Virus record (IMG/VR): IMGVR_UViG_3300045733_000207
Coordinates: 1 to 50,977 of that record
Source of the DNA: a virus
Lineage: Duplodnaviria > Caudoviricetes
Direction: 5' to 3' (one strand)
DNA: 50,977 bases
Position numbers and translations under genes: made by a program. Of the stretch, positions 20,666 to 29,485 are shown one piece after another. The notes below the pieces were generated by a model. It made no database searches and was not told the origin of the DNA. It worked only from the letters and a program-made list of their open reading frames with translations. How positions within the stretch are numbered: the stretch's first letter is position 1; each line of letters opens with the position of its first letter.

Positions 20666-20899
20666 GTGCGTAACATGGACATTAAACACAATCTCACCTT
20701 AGTGCATTGCAGGGACTGTCAGCATCACCAACTAGGCTTAGACCGGAAACTACGTTGCCGATTCAATGTTGGTAAACCATTGCCAGTCTGGGCAATCACA
20801 GAATCAATCATGGTCGTACCGCCAAGCAAGGGCTGGCCGTGCAAGGCGTTTAAGTCCAACACGGATTTGAGGGCCGGCAAAGCCGTACCCTCGAAATGA
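20666..20899 (+). CDS. Small Cys-rich hypothetical protein; its C-terminus runs into an attC-like site
   Basis: CRDC...C...C; in-frame AAC at 20858. Confidence 0.55.
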   Translation: MRNMDIKHNLTLVHCRDCQHHQLGLDRKLRCRFNVGKPLPVWAITESIMVVPPSKGWPCKAFKSNTDLRAGKAVPSK

Positions 20900-20908
20900 T
20901 GGTTGTCG
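20854..20908 (-). mobile_element. attC-like recombination site (locus 1)
   Basis: + strand: GTCCAAC acgga TTT GAGGGC cggc aaa gccg [T] ACCCTC [G] AAA tgatg GTTGTCG; extrahelical T and G on the right arm. Confidence 0.8.
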
Positions 20909-20933
20909 TAACAAATCAAAGGAGGGTTGAATA

Positions 20934-21281
20934 ATGATTACTCAACAGACAGCAGCGAAGATATGGGCAGCATACCGCGAAATTGAAGTGTCCGAAAAAC
21001 TGATTGCCGACATGAAGAAAGAACGGGATGCGCCTTTCTCTGACATCAAGCGCCACGAAGCAACGCTGAAGGACGCTTTCGGACGAAGGCAGCATCTTGA
21101 ACTTGGCATCCCTTGCGGAGACAATGGGCATCGACTCTATCAGGTTGAACCGGAACTTGCGGAGTCTGTCATTCGCGCTCACATCGCCCACAAACGGGTT
21201 GCGCTGGTTGAAGCCAATGAATGTGCGCGGATCGAACTCAGTACCGACAACAACAGAATATGCGTCACCGGCGAGGACTGA
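20934..21281 (+). CDS. Hypothetical protein, cassette cargo
   Basis: GGAGG RBS; flanked by GTTGTCG (20902) and its reverse complement CGACAAC (21245). Confidence 0.75.
   Translation: MITQQTAAKIWAAYREIEVSEKLIADMKKERDAPFSDIKRHEATLKDAFGRRQHLELGIPCGDNGHRLYQVEPELAESVIRAHIAHKRVALVEANECARIELSTDNNRICVTGED
21245..21267 (-). mobile_element. attI-like terminal site 1
   Basis: CGACAAC-aacag-AATATGCGTCA; same motif and spacing as 30557-30579. Confidence 0.6.
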
Positions 21282-21282
21282 T

Positions 21283-21573
21283 ATGTATCGCAAAACCTAC
21301 AGGCGCAAGAAGTGCGAAAGCAAGGTCAGTCGGTTAAGGGCGAACCAACGGGCGGCGAAGGAACGCAAGCGCATTGCTGAAGCCTGTCACTGGCGCGATG
21401 TCGGTGGGTTTACGACAGATGGGATACTCGGCAATCACAAGGTGCGACTACTGGCAAAAGATGATGAGGATAAATGGCTGGCAGTGTTTGTTGACGGCCA
21501 AGCCAAACAACCGAGAACCATGCGCGGGATAAAGAACTGTATAGCAGACATGATTTGGGGGAAAATGAAATGA
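21283..21573 (+). CDS. Hypothetical basic protein
   Basis: ATG 2 nt after the upstream stop; GAGGA RBS. Confidence 0.55.
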   Translation: MYRKTYRRKKCESKVSRLRANQRAAKERKRIAEACHWRDVGGFTTDGILGNHKVRLLAKDDEDKWLAVFVDGQAKQPRTMRGIKNCIADMIWGKMK

Positions 21574-21786
21574 TAGCCAACCTGAGTCTCAGTGTGATGC
21601 TGCAAATCGTGTTGGTCATCTTCATAGCATGGGGGACAGCCAAGACTATTGATGCTGCGTACCAGGCTGCTGACCGGCGTAGGCGGTACTTTGAGCGGAA
21701 CAGGCGGGAAGGGCGGGAGTCGTTGTACAGGCGGTTGAAACAGAGTAGGAGATAAACCAGTACCAACAGAAAGGCGGGGAGTAGTT

Positions 21787-22239
21787 ATGAACGTATCTGA
21801 TCTATCAACCAGTAATTACCTATCACGGAAAGAGACGGGGGACGGTGTAGGGTTGTTGCTCACAGTAAAATCGGTCGAGCATGAAAATATTGCAGGCGAC
21901 AACCAAGCGGAAAACATGAAGTATGTCATGTTTTTTAACGAACAGGAAAAGGGACTCGTTCTGAACAAAACGAACGGCACTATTATGGCTGCTATTGCCG
22001 GAAGTCCTGAGTCAGAAAACTGGATCGGCAAGAAATGCGTTGCGTATTTTGATGCAAGCATTATGTACAAAGGCGAAGTCAAAGGTGGTATCAGATTACG
22101 TAAACCGGTACTTAAAGCAGCGCAACCCGCAAAACAACCAGTGACCAAGCCTGCTCCGGTTGCGGCAGTTGATCTGGCCGAGGGTAATCCGCCGGATGAT
22201 CTTGATATGGGCGCAGATGTTTCTGATATGCCTTTCTAA
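21787..22239 (+). CDS. Putative single-stranded DNA-binding protein
   Basis: LVLNKTN...WIGK...GGIRL core, low-complexity linker and acidic tail ending DMPF. Confidence 0.6.
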   Translation: MNVSDLSTSNYLSRKETGDGVGLLLTVKSVEHENIAGDNQAENMKYVMFFNEQEKGLVLNKTNGTIMAAIAGSPESENWIGKKCVAYFDASIMYKGEVKGGIRLRKPVLKAAQPAKQPVTKPAPVAAVDLAEGNPPDDLDMGADVSDMPF

Positions 22240-22256
22240 AATTATTAAGGACTAAC

Positions 22257-22583
22257 ATGCCCACTACAGATAAACAGGCGCAAGTGCTGGAAGCTGCAAG
22301 ACAAATCAAGCATCTACGATTTGACTGGCGACGCCACAACCCTTGCGACCTGTTTGTTCTGAGTGCTGGACAGGAACGTATATTGGCAGAGGCAGAGCAA
22401 ATTACTCAGGCGCGGCTGGCGGAGTATTTCGCAATAAAGGCAGAGTATCAGGCTATGACCGAAATAGAGTCTAGGCGGGGTGAGGATACGGCCATTGATG
22501 ATGAGATTCACAAAGCCATTTCGGACAGGATCGGCGGTGATGCTTACTTTGGGTTGCCGCCTAGGGAGCATGTAAATTCGTGA
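22257..22583 (+). CDS. Hypothetical protein
   Basis: AAGGA RBS; 108 aa. Confidence 0.6.
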   Translation: MPTTDKQAQVLEAARQIKHLRFDWRRHNPCDLFVLSAGQERILAEAEQITQARLAEYFAIKAEYQAMTEIESRRGEDTAIDDEIHKAISDRIGGDAYFGLPPREHVNS

Positions 22584-22586
22584 TCC

Positions 22587-22641
22587 GCCGGGGTGGGGAA
22601 CATTCGGCAGCATACCCCTTGCTGACCGCCCCACGCCCGGC
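22587..22641 (+). other. Long GC-rich intergenic hairpin
   Basis: GCCGGG/CCCGGC, GTGGGG/CCCCAC and CAGCA/TGCTG closing a 7-nt loop. Confidence 0.6.
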
Positions 22642-22665
22642 CTTTAAGGATGTAAAAGAAATTTG

Positions 22666-22840
22666 TTGACTGTTTTCAGGAGATGTGATTAACTATGCGG
22701 CATGAAAAGAATACTGGTATGTTCTTGGAATCAAAACCACTGCATAGACAAGCTTGCATTTTGTCCCCACATGGACAAGTCCACTTGTCTGTCGGTCTGG
22801 CCCAAAACCGGAACGGCATACCAGCATGTGGGGACTTTTT
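22666..22840 (+). ncRNA. Promoter plus multi-stem leader RNA with internal antisense boxes (C4/CI-like architecture)
   Basis: TTGACT at 22666; outer stem GTCCCCACATG/CATGTGGGGAC followed by TTTTT; inner boxes complementary to 22714-22723 and 22744-22752. Confidence 0.55.
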
Positions 22841-23433
22841 ATCCCTGCTGATTTCATCGCGTAAGCACCGACAATCGCTTCAGGCGGGTCGCTTGCTGAA
22901 GGAATGGCGCAGGGAGGAGGCTAACCCCACCTTGCTCAAAGATGATTCAGGGATTCACCACTCCGCGACAGAGAGAAGGCTAGGCATGGGCATATACCAT
23001 TGGCCGAGGGTGAACAACAAGCGACGGCGGCTCCGGCTGCGGGCTTACAGTCAACAGATAGTCCCTCTTTGCACAGGGGGATTATCTGCTCAGGCTCACC
23101 AACAACAGGCTGTCAGTCAAAGGAAAAGGGGGAGGAATATGAACGGCAAACACCAAAAGAAACACTTCAACAATCCGCGCTTCGGCAAGTTTACATACAC
23201 GCCAGCCGATCTTCCGGTAACTTTCGGTCTTATGCCACATGAACAGCCACGGCTAACAACACTGCAAATTGTTCAGGATGTTATGACCGAGGCAGAATTG
23301 AGATGCAACTTCACACCGCCCGGATGTAAGAAGTGTGAGCACTATCCACCCGCACGTTTTCCGGCCTGTCGCGGATTGAAACGAAAAGCAGCAATCAGAA
23401 TTGCACTATGGTTTATCAATCACAGGAGTTGAC

Positions 23434-23757
23434 ATGAACTACAAACCCATTGTTGTACTCGGATATTTCTTGGAGATGGGATTACCCGAACCAGTGTTTG
23501 AGCACGTCTATATTCCATGCAGAAAATTCAGGTTAGACATTGCTTTCCCTGCATACAAGGTGGGGTTAGAAGTTCAGGGCGGCTTATGGTTCAAGGCGGC
23601 ACACTCCACCGGCAAGGGTATCAAGCGCGACATGGAGAAACGCAATCTCGGAATCCTCCACGGCTGGGATGTCGTGGAGTGTGAACCTTGCGAAGTGTGC
23701 ATGTTGGAAACAGTAGAACTACTCAGGACGGTGCTCAGGTTGCACGGAAGGAAATAA
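23434..23757 (+). CDS. PD-(D/E)xK, Vsr/DUF559-like endonuclease
   Basis: E.....RKFRLDIAFP..KVGLEVQGG.......H......DMEKRN pattern; AGGAG RBS. Confidence 0.7.
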   Translation: MNYKPIVVLGYFLEMGLPEPVFEHVYIPCRKFRLDIAFPAYKVGLEVQGGLWFKAAHSTGKGIKRDMEKRNLGILHGWDVVECEPCEVCMLETVELLRTVLRLHGRK

Positions 23758-23760
23758 CAT

Positions 23761-24153
23761 ATGGAATCAGAATATCCAACAGACGAGCAACTTTCCAAAA
23801 TCGAATTATGGCCAACGACCAATATGGTTGGCTTGGCCCAATACGTTGTCGAGGTGTGGCAAAATGATTTTGGCCAAGCGACGTTGAATCCTGCCAAAAC
23901 GTATATGAGACTTATTACAGGGGGTGGGTCTGGCAATGAATATATAATCGAGGCATTGAGTTCAACTCTGTTCTGGCAAGTATTCTGGGCAGCCTCATAC
24001 CGTGGCGGAGTATATGCGTTTGACGGCATCCGAGAGTTTGCCAGCTCCACAATGCCCCTACAAGCTCGTAAAACGGGCAAGGCGGGGTTCTGCGGCACTA
24101 AAGGCATACAGGGGAAGGGGTCAAGCAGGACAAACTGCGGGACAAACCCTTAA
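23761..24153 (+). CDS. Hypothetical protein
   Basis: 130-aa ORF, tightly packed. Confidence 0.55.
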   Translation: MESEYPTDEQLSKIELWPTTNMVGLAQYVVEVWQNDFGQATLNPAKTYMRLITGGGSGNEYIIEALSSTLFWQVFWAASYRGGVYAFDGIREFASSTMPLQARKTGKAGFCGTKGIQGKGSSRTNCGTNP

Positions 24154-24189
24154 CAAAGCACTGTTAGTCAATACTTTGGAGGGGACAAA

Positions 24190-24561
24190 ATGAGCGACAA
24201 ACCAACAACTGAAACATGGGTCACCGGCTGCATAGCCAAACGCACACCGGATGCGCTGCGGATCCTCATGGACTTAGTGCAAGCTGGATTGCGGAATGGT
24301 GAATGTTCCGCGCTGGACGTACGCGACGTGCATTTCGATGAGCCTAACATTATTGGTTGCACTATGCGCCTTCTACCGAAACTAGGCTTTGTGCATACGG
24401 ATCGGCGCGTTGCCAATGTGATCCGGCGCAAACACTACAGGCGGGTTGATATGTGGGAACTGCGGGAACGTTACAAAGCTGAACTATTCATAGACAAATG
24501 CCGGGGCCGGTTGCTGGAAGTGGCGCAGGGGCAGGCAAATCAGTTAAGACTAGCAATGTGA
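24190..24561 (+). CDS. Hypothetical protein
   Basis: GGAGG RBS; 123 aa. Confidence 0.65.
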   Translation: MSDKPTTETWVTGCIAKRTPDALRILMDLVQAGLRNGECSALDVRDVHFDEPNIIGCTMRLLPKLGFVHTDRRVANVIRRKHYRRVDMWELRERYKAELFIDKCRGRLLEVAQGQANQLRLAM

Positions 24562-24566
24562 TTTCA

Positions 24567-24643
24567 ACTCCGGGGACTTGCCTACTCCGTGACTAGTCCG
24601 CCGAGGATCCCGAAAGGGTAAAGCAGACCCGGAGTAGTTTTTT
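24567..24643 (+). other. Branched RNA structure/terminator-like element upstream of the helicase
   Basis: ACTCCGGG/CCCGGAGT outer stem, CCC-GAAA-GGG hairpin, T run. Confidence 0.5.
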
Positions 24644-24664
24644 GAAAGGGGAAACAATAAAGAG

Positions 24665-26098
24665 ATGAATGATTACGAGAAATTCTTGGAGCAAAAGTCG
24701 CAGCTTGGTGGGAACTATGGATTTGAACCGACGTTCATGCCCGCGCTTCTGTTTCCTTTTCAGGTCGCATTGACACAATGGGCAACAATGAAGGGACTTT
24801 GCGCTATTTTTGCCGACTGTGGTCTTGGCAAAACTTTCATTCAGTTGACCTGGGCTGAGAATGTCGCACGCAAAACAGACAAGCCCGTTCTCATTCTTGC
24901 GCCTCTTGCCGTATCAGGTCAAACAGTAAAAGAAGCCGACAAGATTGGAGTAGACTGTCAACAGAGTCGCGACGGTAAAGTCATGCCGCGAATCACGGTG
25001 ACTAACTATGAGAAATTACACCTGTTCAATCCTTCTGATTTTGCGGGATGTGTCTGCGATGAATCATCCATCTTGAAACATTTCACTGGCGCAACGCAAA
25101 TGCAAGTCACGCGGTTTATGAATAAGATGCCGTATCGATTGCTTTGCACGGCAACCGCCGCGCCTAACGATTACATTGAACTTGGAACGTCAAGTGAGGC
25201 GTTAGGGGAGTTAAATTATTCAGATATGCTGTCCAGATTTTTCAAACAGCTTGATGATAAGGGACAAAAGAGTGAGACTAAGAGACAAGACTTTGACGAG
25301 AAAGCATCAAAGCATTTTGCAAAGCTATCATTCAGAGTGTCGCAGACTATCGGGCAATACCGATTAAAACATCACGCTATAACGGCTTTCTGGAAATGGG
25401 TTTGTTCATGGTCAAGAGCATGTCGGAAGCCGAGTGATCTGGGATTCGATGATACGGGATTCATTCTACCGGAACTCCAAGAACAGCATCACATCATAAC
25501 ACCGACCACTCCGCCTGAGGGAATGCTTTTCTGTATGCCTGCTTTCGGACTGAGAGAAGAACGGGAAGAGCGACGGCGCACTATGAAAGAGCGTTGTGAG
25601 TTTGTGGCGTCATTGGTGAATCATTCTGAGCCTGCTGTTATTTGGTGCCACATGAATAAAGAGGGTGATCTGCTGGAAAAGATAATTCCTGATGCGCAGC
25701 AAATCAAAGGGTCAACGCCGGATGATATGCGTGAAGAACTTTACGCGGCGTTCAGTTCCGGCAATCAACGAGTGCTGATTATCAAGCCAAAGATAGGAGC
25801 TTGGGGACTCAACTGGCAGCATTGCGCACACGTTGTCACATTTGCCAGTCATTCTTATGAACAGTTCTATCAGTCAATAAGAAGATGCTGGAGGTTCGGG
25901 CAGAAAAGGCCTGTAAGATTAGACGTTGTCGCAACCGAGGGAGAACGCGGAGTGTTTGAAAACATGATGAGGAAGTCTCAGAGAGCGGATGCAATGTTTA
26001 CAGAATTAGTCAAACACATGAACGATGCACAAAAAATAGAGAGAGTCAACAGCTACACAAACAAAATGGAGGTTCCGTCATGGTCAAAGAACAGCTAA
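24665..26098 (+). CDS. SNF2-like superfamily 2 helicase
   Basis: ADCGLGKT (Walker A), CDESS (Walker B), TATAAPN, GLNWQ, QSIRRCWRFGQ. Confidence 0.9.
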   Translation: MNDYEKFLEQKSQLGGNYGFEPTFMPALLFPFQVALTQWATMKGLCAIFADCGLGKTFIQLTWAENVARKTDKPVLILAPLAVSGQTVKEADKIGVDCQQSRDGKVMPRITVTNYEKLHLFNPSDFAGCVCDESSILKHFTGATQMQVTRFMNKMPYRLLCTATAAPNDYIELGTSSEALGELNYSDMLSRFFKQLDDKGQKSETKRQDFDEKASKHFAKLSFRVSQTIGQYRLKHHAITAFWKWVCSWSRACRKPSDLGFDDTGFILPELQEQHHIITPTTPPEGMLFCMPAFGLREEREERRRTMKERCEFVASLVNHSEPAVIWCHMNKEGDLLEKIIPDAQQIKGSTPDDMREELYAAFSSGNQRVLIIKPKIGAWGLNWQHCAHVVTFASHSYEQFYQSIRRCWRFGQKRPVRLDVVATEGERGVFENMMRKSQRADAMFTELVKHMNDAQKIERVNSYTNKMEVPSWSKNS

Positions 26099-27036
26099 TC
26101 ACACCGCGCTATGCGATATACAATGGTGACTGCGTTCAAGCAATGCAAGAGTTGAAAGATGAATCAATCCACCTTTCTCTATACTCACCTCCTTTCGCCG
26201 GGTTATACGTTTATTCGAGCGATGAGCAAGACCTGTCAAACTCCGTCAACTTCACGGAGTTTATGGATCACTACCGTTTCGTGATAAACGAAATCCACCG
26301 GCTCACAATGCCTGGCCGAATATCAGCCGTGCATTGCATGGATATTACCACTGGGAATAGTGGGTTCGATCATCTGAAAGATTTTCCGGGAGATATAATT
26401 AGGCTCCACGAGGAATGCGGCTTTCATTATATCGCACGGTATCACATTTGGAAAGAGCCATTGACGATCCGCAATAGAACAATGATGAAGTCGCTATCGC
26501 ATAAATGTCTTACGTTAGATTCAACAAAATGCAGCGTTGCTAACGCGGATTATCTGTTGATCTTTCGGCGGTCCGGTAACAATCCTGTTCCTGTTGCGCA
26601 TACTCACGGACTGTTGAACTATGCCGGGGAAAAGCCGATACCAAACGAAGTCCTGCCTTATCGTAACTGGCAAGGTAGTCAGCTTGAGAACAGATATTCT
26701 CAATGGGTTTGGAGGCAATACGCAAGTTCATTCTGGGATGATGTTAGGATTGACCGCGTGTTGAAATACAGACCCGCAAAAGATCAAGACGATGAAAAGC
26801 ATTGTCACCCCTTGCAACTTGACGTAATAGAGCGTGCCTGCGTGCTATGGTCAAACCCTAACGACGTTGTGTTGACTCCGTTCATGGGAGTGGGATCAGA
26901 GGTCTATGGGGCAGTACTGAACGGACGCAAGGCCATAGGGGTTGAGTTGAAGTCGTCATACTTCAAACAGGCGGTACGAAATCTAGCCGAGATCAAGCTG
27001 GATGATGAGCATGGCGAGTTCCAATTCAAAACTTGA
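26080..27036 (+). CDS. DNA amino-methyltransferase (N4-C/N6-A, beta class)
   Basis: SPPF catalytic motif near the N-terminus; HP.QL and VLTPFMGVGS SAM-binding motif near the C-terminus. Confidence 0.9.
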   Translation: MVKEQLITPRYAIYNGDCVQAMQELKDESIHLSLYSPPFAGLYVYSSDEQDLSNSVNFTEFMDHYRFVINEIHRLTMPGRISAVHCMDITTGNSGFDHLKDFPGDIIRLHEECGFHYIARYHIWKEPLTIRNRTMMKSLSHKCLTLDSTKCSVANADYLLIFRRSGNNPVPVAHTHGLLNYAGEKPIPNEVLPYRNWQGSQLENRYSQWVWRQYASSFWDDVRIDRVLKYRPAKDQDDEKHCHPLQLDVIERACVLWSNPNDVVLTPFMGVGSEVYGAVLNGRKAIGVELKSSYFKQAVRNLAEIKLDDEHGEFQFKT

Positions 27037-27072
27037 CTCCACCCTGAATAACGAATAAGGTATGTACAAAGT

Positions 27073-27267
27073 ATGAACGAACCAAACAAGGTGAGATTTA
27101 CCTTCACGCTTGATCCGGTTATCGTGGAGAAGGTGAAGGTGCGGGGTAGGGCATTTGGGTTTGCGCTTAGTACGTGGATCAACCACATACTCGCCCGGTC
27201 AGAGGGCTTAGTTGACGATACGAATTGGCCGAGGAAAGATATTGATGCAACAAAGGAAGATGAATGA
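27073..27267 (+). CDS. Ribbon-helix-helix-like regulator
   Basis: VRFTFTLD strand plus two helices; promoter TTGACT-17-TAAGGT at 27033-27061. Confidence 0.5.
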   Translation: MNEPNKVRFTFTLDPVIVEKVKVRGRAFGFALSTWINHILARSEGLVDDTNWPRKDIDATKEDE

Positions 27268-27497
27268 ACAACGATCCCGCCACAATCCCTGACCGTGCCG
27301 CCGCGATATTGTTCCCCATGCTTGGCATGAATGTCTATTCACGGGTTGATACACTGGCTGAACGGCTGGCGAAGTTGCTTGGACCCGGTCACACTATCCA
27401 TACCGTGATAGAAGGATTCAAGGAATCACTGGATGACCCTGAAAACACATGCAGAGAACTGGCTATACTGATTGCTAAAGCGGAGGGTGAGATATGA
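27264..27497 (+). CDS. Hypothetical protein
   Basis: ATGA coupling at both ends. Confidence 0.55.
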   Translation: MNNDPATIPDRAAAILFPMLGMNVYSRVDTLAERLAKLLGPGHTIHTVIEGFKESLDDPENTCRELAILIAKAEGEI

Positions 27498-27670
27498 ACA
27501 GAATCAAGCGACAGAAGAATACTGCAAAGACCTGCAAGAATTGCTCGGCATGGTTCGGTGATGATGAGACTTGCTGGTATATCTCCTGCAAGCGCAACCC
27601 TTGCCAATATGACCATTGGAGATCAAAGAAGTTTGCAACGAGTTCCAACAATGCCGTGAGGGTCAAATGA
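27494..27670 (+). CDS. 58-aa Cys-rich protein (absent from the ORF track)
   Basis: Own translation MNRIKRQKNTAKTCKNC...SSNNAVRVK; GGAGG RBS; stop overlaps ATG 27667. Confidence 0.55.
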   Translation: MNRIKRQKNTAKTCKNCSAWFGDDETCWYISCKRNPCQYDHWRSKKFATSSNNAVRVK

Positions 27671-27709
27671 CCGCTGCGGGCATTTGTACTCTCGACGGGC
27701 TGGTTCGCT
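27643..27709 (-). mobile_element. attC-like site Z
   Basis: TTCCAAC aatgc CGT GAGGGT CAAATG ... CATTTG [T] ACTCTC [G] ACG ggctg GTTCGCT. Confidence 0.85.
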
Positions 27710-28392
27710 GTCTTGATCTCTTCTGCTGCGCCGGGGGGGCAGGAGAGGGCTACCGCCGCGCCGGGTTCGACGTGACCGGCGTGGACATCCGGCCTCAACC
27801 GCAGAACCCGCACCGATTCATTCAGGGGGACGCGCTCGCGTTCCTGCCCGCCCACGGCCACGAGTTCGACTTCATCCACGCAAGCCCGCCATGCCAAGGC
27901 TACAGCACGCTTGCCGCGATGCACCCAGGCAAGACGTGGCCGAAACTGATTGACCAAGTGCGGTCGTTGCTCAAGGCGACCGGACGGCCTTACGTGATTG
28001 AGAACGTCGAAACCGCACCGCTCAACCGTGAATCTGACCTGTTCGGAAACCACGGCGTCTTGCTGTGTGGGAGCATGTTTGGCCTCGGTGTGGAGAGCGG
28101 ATTTCTGCGGAGGCATCGAATCTTCGAGACGAGCTTTCCAGTCCCGCAGCCGGAATGCCGCCACGTCGGCAAGGCGGTGGGAGTTTACGGCCACGGCGGG
28201 CACACTGGAAAGCACCGGATGCTGTACCGCGAAGAGGCGGCGAAGGCGATGGGGATTGACTGGATGAACAGGGACAACATGTGCCAGGCGATACCGCCGG
28301 CGTACACCGAATGGCTTGGGCGCTACGCGATGGCCCATACAGCGAACGCCCGAAATCAGGGGCTTGCGCACCAAGGAGAACGCCATGACTGA
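27667..28392 (+). CDS. Short DNA cytosine-C5 methyltransferase (cassette cargo)
   Basis: LDLFCCAGG (motif I), SPPCQ (IV), IENV (VI); GC-richer than its flanks. Confidence 0.85.
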   Translation: MTAAGICTLDGLVRCLDLFCCAGGAGEGYRRAGFDVTGVDIRPQPQNPHRFIQGDALAFLPAHGHEFDFIHASPPCQGYSTLAAMHPGKTWPKLIDQVRSLLKATGRPYVIENVETAPLNRESDLFGNHGVLLCGSMFGLGVESGFLRRHRIFETSFPVPQPECRHVGKAVGVYGHGGHTGKHRMLYREEAAKAMGIDWMNRDNMCQAIPPAYTEWLGRYAMAHTANARNQGLAHQGERHD

Positions 28393-28438
28393 GACAAACG
28401 CGAGCGGGGCGCAAGTACCCTGCATTTCATTGTTGGCC
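28341..28438 (-). mobile_element. attC-like site A; loop holds AGGAG RBS and ATG 28385
   Basis: AGCGAAC gcccga AAT CAGGGG CTTGCGC ... GCGCAAG [T] ACCCTG [C] ATT tcatt GTTGGCC. Confidence 0.85.
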
Positions 28439-28657
28439 GATCACCTCGACTTGATGGTTGATGAGTTCAAGAGGATCAAGGCGCTGACAAGGGATACCGA
28501 AATTCAAGGGCTTTGTGACCGGGCAATCTCAAACACGAAACAGCGCGTTCCGGTGATTGTTCAACGGAACGAATGGGAGAGGAAGTTCTGGGAACTGGAC
28601 AAGCAATGGTCGGAGCGATACGCCGAATTGAAGAAGGCCACCGGCAGGAGGAAGTGA
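28385..28657 (+). CDS. Hypothetical protein (cassette cargo)
   Basis: RBS and ATG inside the site A loop. Confidence 0.7.
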   Translation: MTETNASGAQVPCISLLADHLDLMVDEFKRIKALTRDTEIQGLCDRAISNTKQRVPVIVQRNEWERKFWELDKQWSERYAELKKATGRRK

Positions 28658-28763
28658 AATGACGCCCAAAGAAATTGAACAAGCAGAGCATGACGAGTTG
28701 GATAAGCACGGTGTGTTGAAGTTTGCCGAGCTTTCTCCTGTACGGTCGGTGCCATTGTTGGCT
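28636..28763 (-). mobile_element. Degenerate attC-like site B
   Basis: Intact right arm CCTG[T]ACGGTC[G]GTG ccatt GTTGGCT; left arm shortened, starting GGCCACC instead of GGCCAAC. Confidence 0.6.
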
Positions 28764-28967
28764 GAGGCAGTTCTTATTGACATCTTCAAGACAACTGTTC
28801 AGGCAATGCGAGATAGGCATATTCATCTGGCAGATCATTGTCTTGATTGCAGGCGTGAGTTTCGATGGGAATTCATATGCCCTGAATGCGAGGGCATTGA
28901 AATTGACAAAAGAAATCAGCAAGCCAACGCTCCTCTTGAGCGTTTGCGAGAAAAGGAGAATGGATGA
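28659..28967 (+). CDS. Hypothetical protein with CxxC...CxxC (cassette cargo)
   Basis: GGAGG RBS; CLDC...CPEC. Confidence 0.7.
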   Translation: MTPKEIEQAEHDELDKHGVLKFAELSPVRSVPLLAEAVLIDIFKTTVQAMRDRHIHLADHCLDCRREFRWEFICPECEGIEIDKRNQQANAPLERLREKENG

Positions 28968-29012
28968 AAAAGAAGCGGCTGTCGAGCAATACGCTCCGAG
29001 AGGTTGTTCGGC
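28922..29012 (-). mobile_element. attC-like site C; loop holds AGGAG and the ATGA overlap
   Basis: AGCCAAC gctcct CTT GAGCGT TTGC ... GCAA [T] ACGCTC [C] GAG aggtt GTTCGGC. Confidence 0.85.
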
Positions 29013-29197
29013 TATGCTATCTCTGCAAAGCACCTGCAACGCGACTTCTGGTGCGGTGGGGTTATGATCCAGACATTACTACACGGAAACCAATTTGCTC
29101 GAAATGTCCTTCAGGTGGAGTTGACAGTACGTGTGGTTACTCAACTGAGCCATTACCGAACGCGGAGCATGAGCCTCCGCGAGAAAGGAAAGTATGA
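28964..29197 (+). CDS. Small zinc-finger-like protein (cassette cargo)
   Basis: CYLC...CSKC; ATGA coupling at both ends. Confidence 0.65.
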   Translation: MKKKRLSSNTLREVVRLCYLCKAPATRLLVRWGYDPDITTRKPICSKCPSGGVDSTCGYSTEPLPNAEHEPPRERKV

Positions 29198-29253
29198 AAC
29201 GATTACGAATTGCCGCCGCGCTTCTCGCGGCAGGCTCCGGGCTTTTGTTGGCC
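29155..29253 (-). mobile_element. attC-like site D
   Basis: ACCGAAC gcggag CAT GAGCCT CCGCGAGAA ... TTCTCGCGG [C] AGGCTC [C] GGG ctttt GTTGGCC. Confidence 0.8.
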
Positions 29254-29484
29254 GGAAGTATCTACGCAGATACCAACGTCTGGTCTAACGACAGCACCAA
29301 CATATGCTCGATCAATACATGGAGGGTATCTACTGATCTTACCATTGGCCCCGTCACTATCTGTACGACTAATGGGGTAGTCAAGATCAAGGAGGGCGTA
29401 GCACTTGATGAAGCGAGTAGAGCTTTTTGGAAGGCAGTGTCAGATGCGTATCCCGCGATGTTTGAAACGGTGAAAAAGAAGTGA
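29194..29484 (+). CDS. Secreted hypothetical protein (cassette cargo)
   Basis: Signal peptide MKRLRIAAALLAAGSGLLLAGSIYA, mostly encoded by the attC loop and arm. Confidence 0.7.
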   Translation: MKRLRIAAALLAAGSGLLLAGSIYADTNVWSNDSTNICSINTWRVSTDLTIGPVTICTTNGVVKIKEGVALDEASRAFWKAVSDAYPAMFETVKKK

Positions 29485-29485
29485 A

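Noticed and set aside
22587-22641. tRNA gene
   Set aside because: It has a 5-bp stem with a 7-nt loop but no D arm, T arm or cloverleaf; I recognised no tRNA in the window.
22695-23432. 245-aa ORF as a single gene
   Set aside because: Its 5' part overlaps a structured leader and looks non-protein-like; a GGAGG-led start at ~23139 is more plausible.
23811-23832. GCCAAC...GTTGGC palindrome
   Set aside because: Too short, with no inner stem or extrahelical bases.
27475-28425. 316-aa minus-strand ORF, and similar antisense ORFs such as 36051..36833 and 1017..1727
   Set aside because: These are shadows of well-supported genes on the opposite strand.
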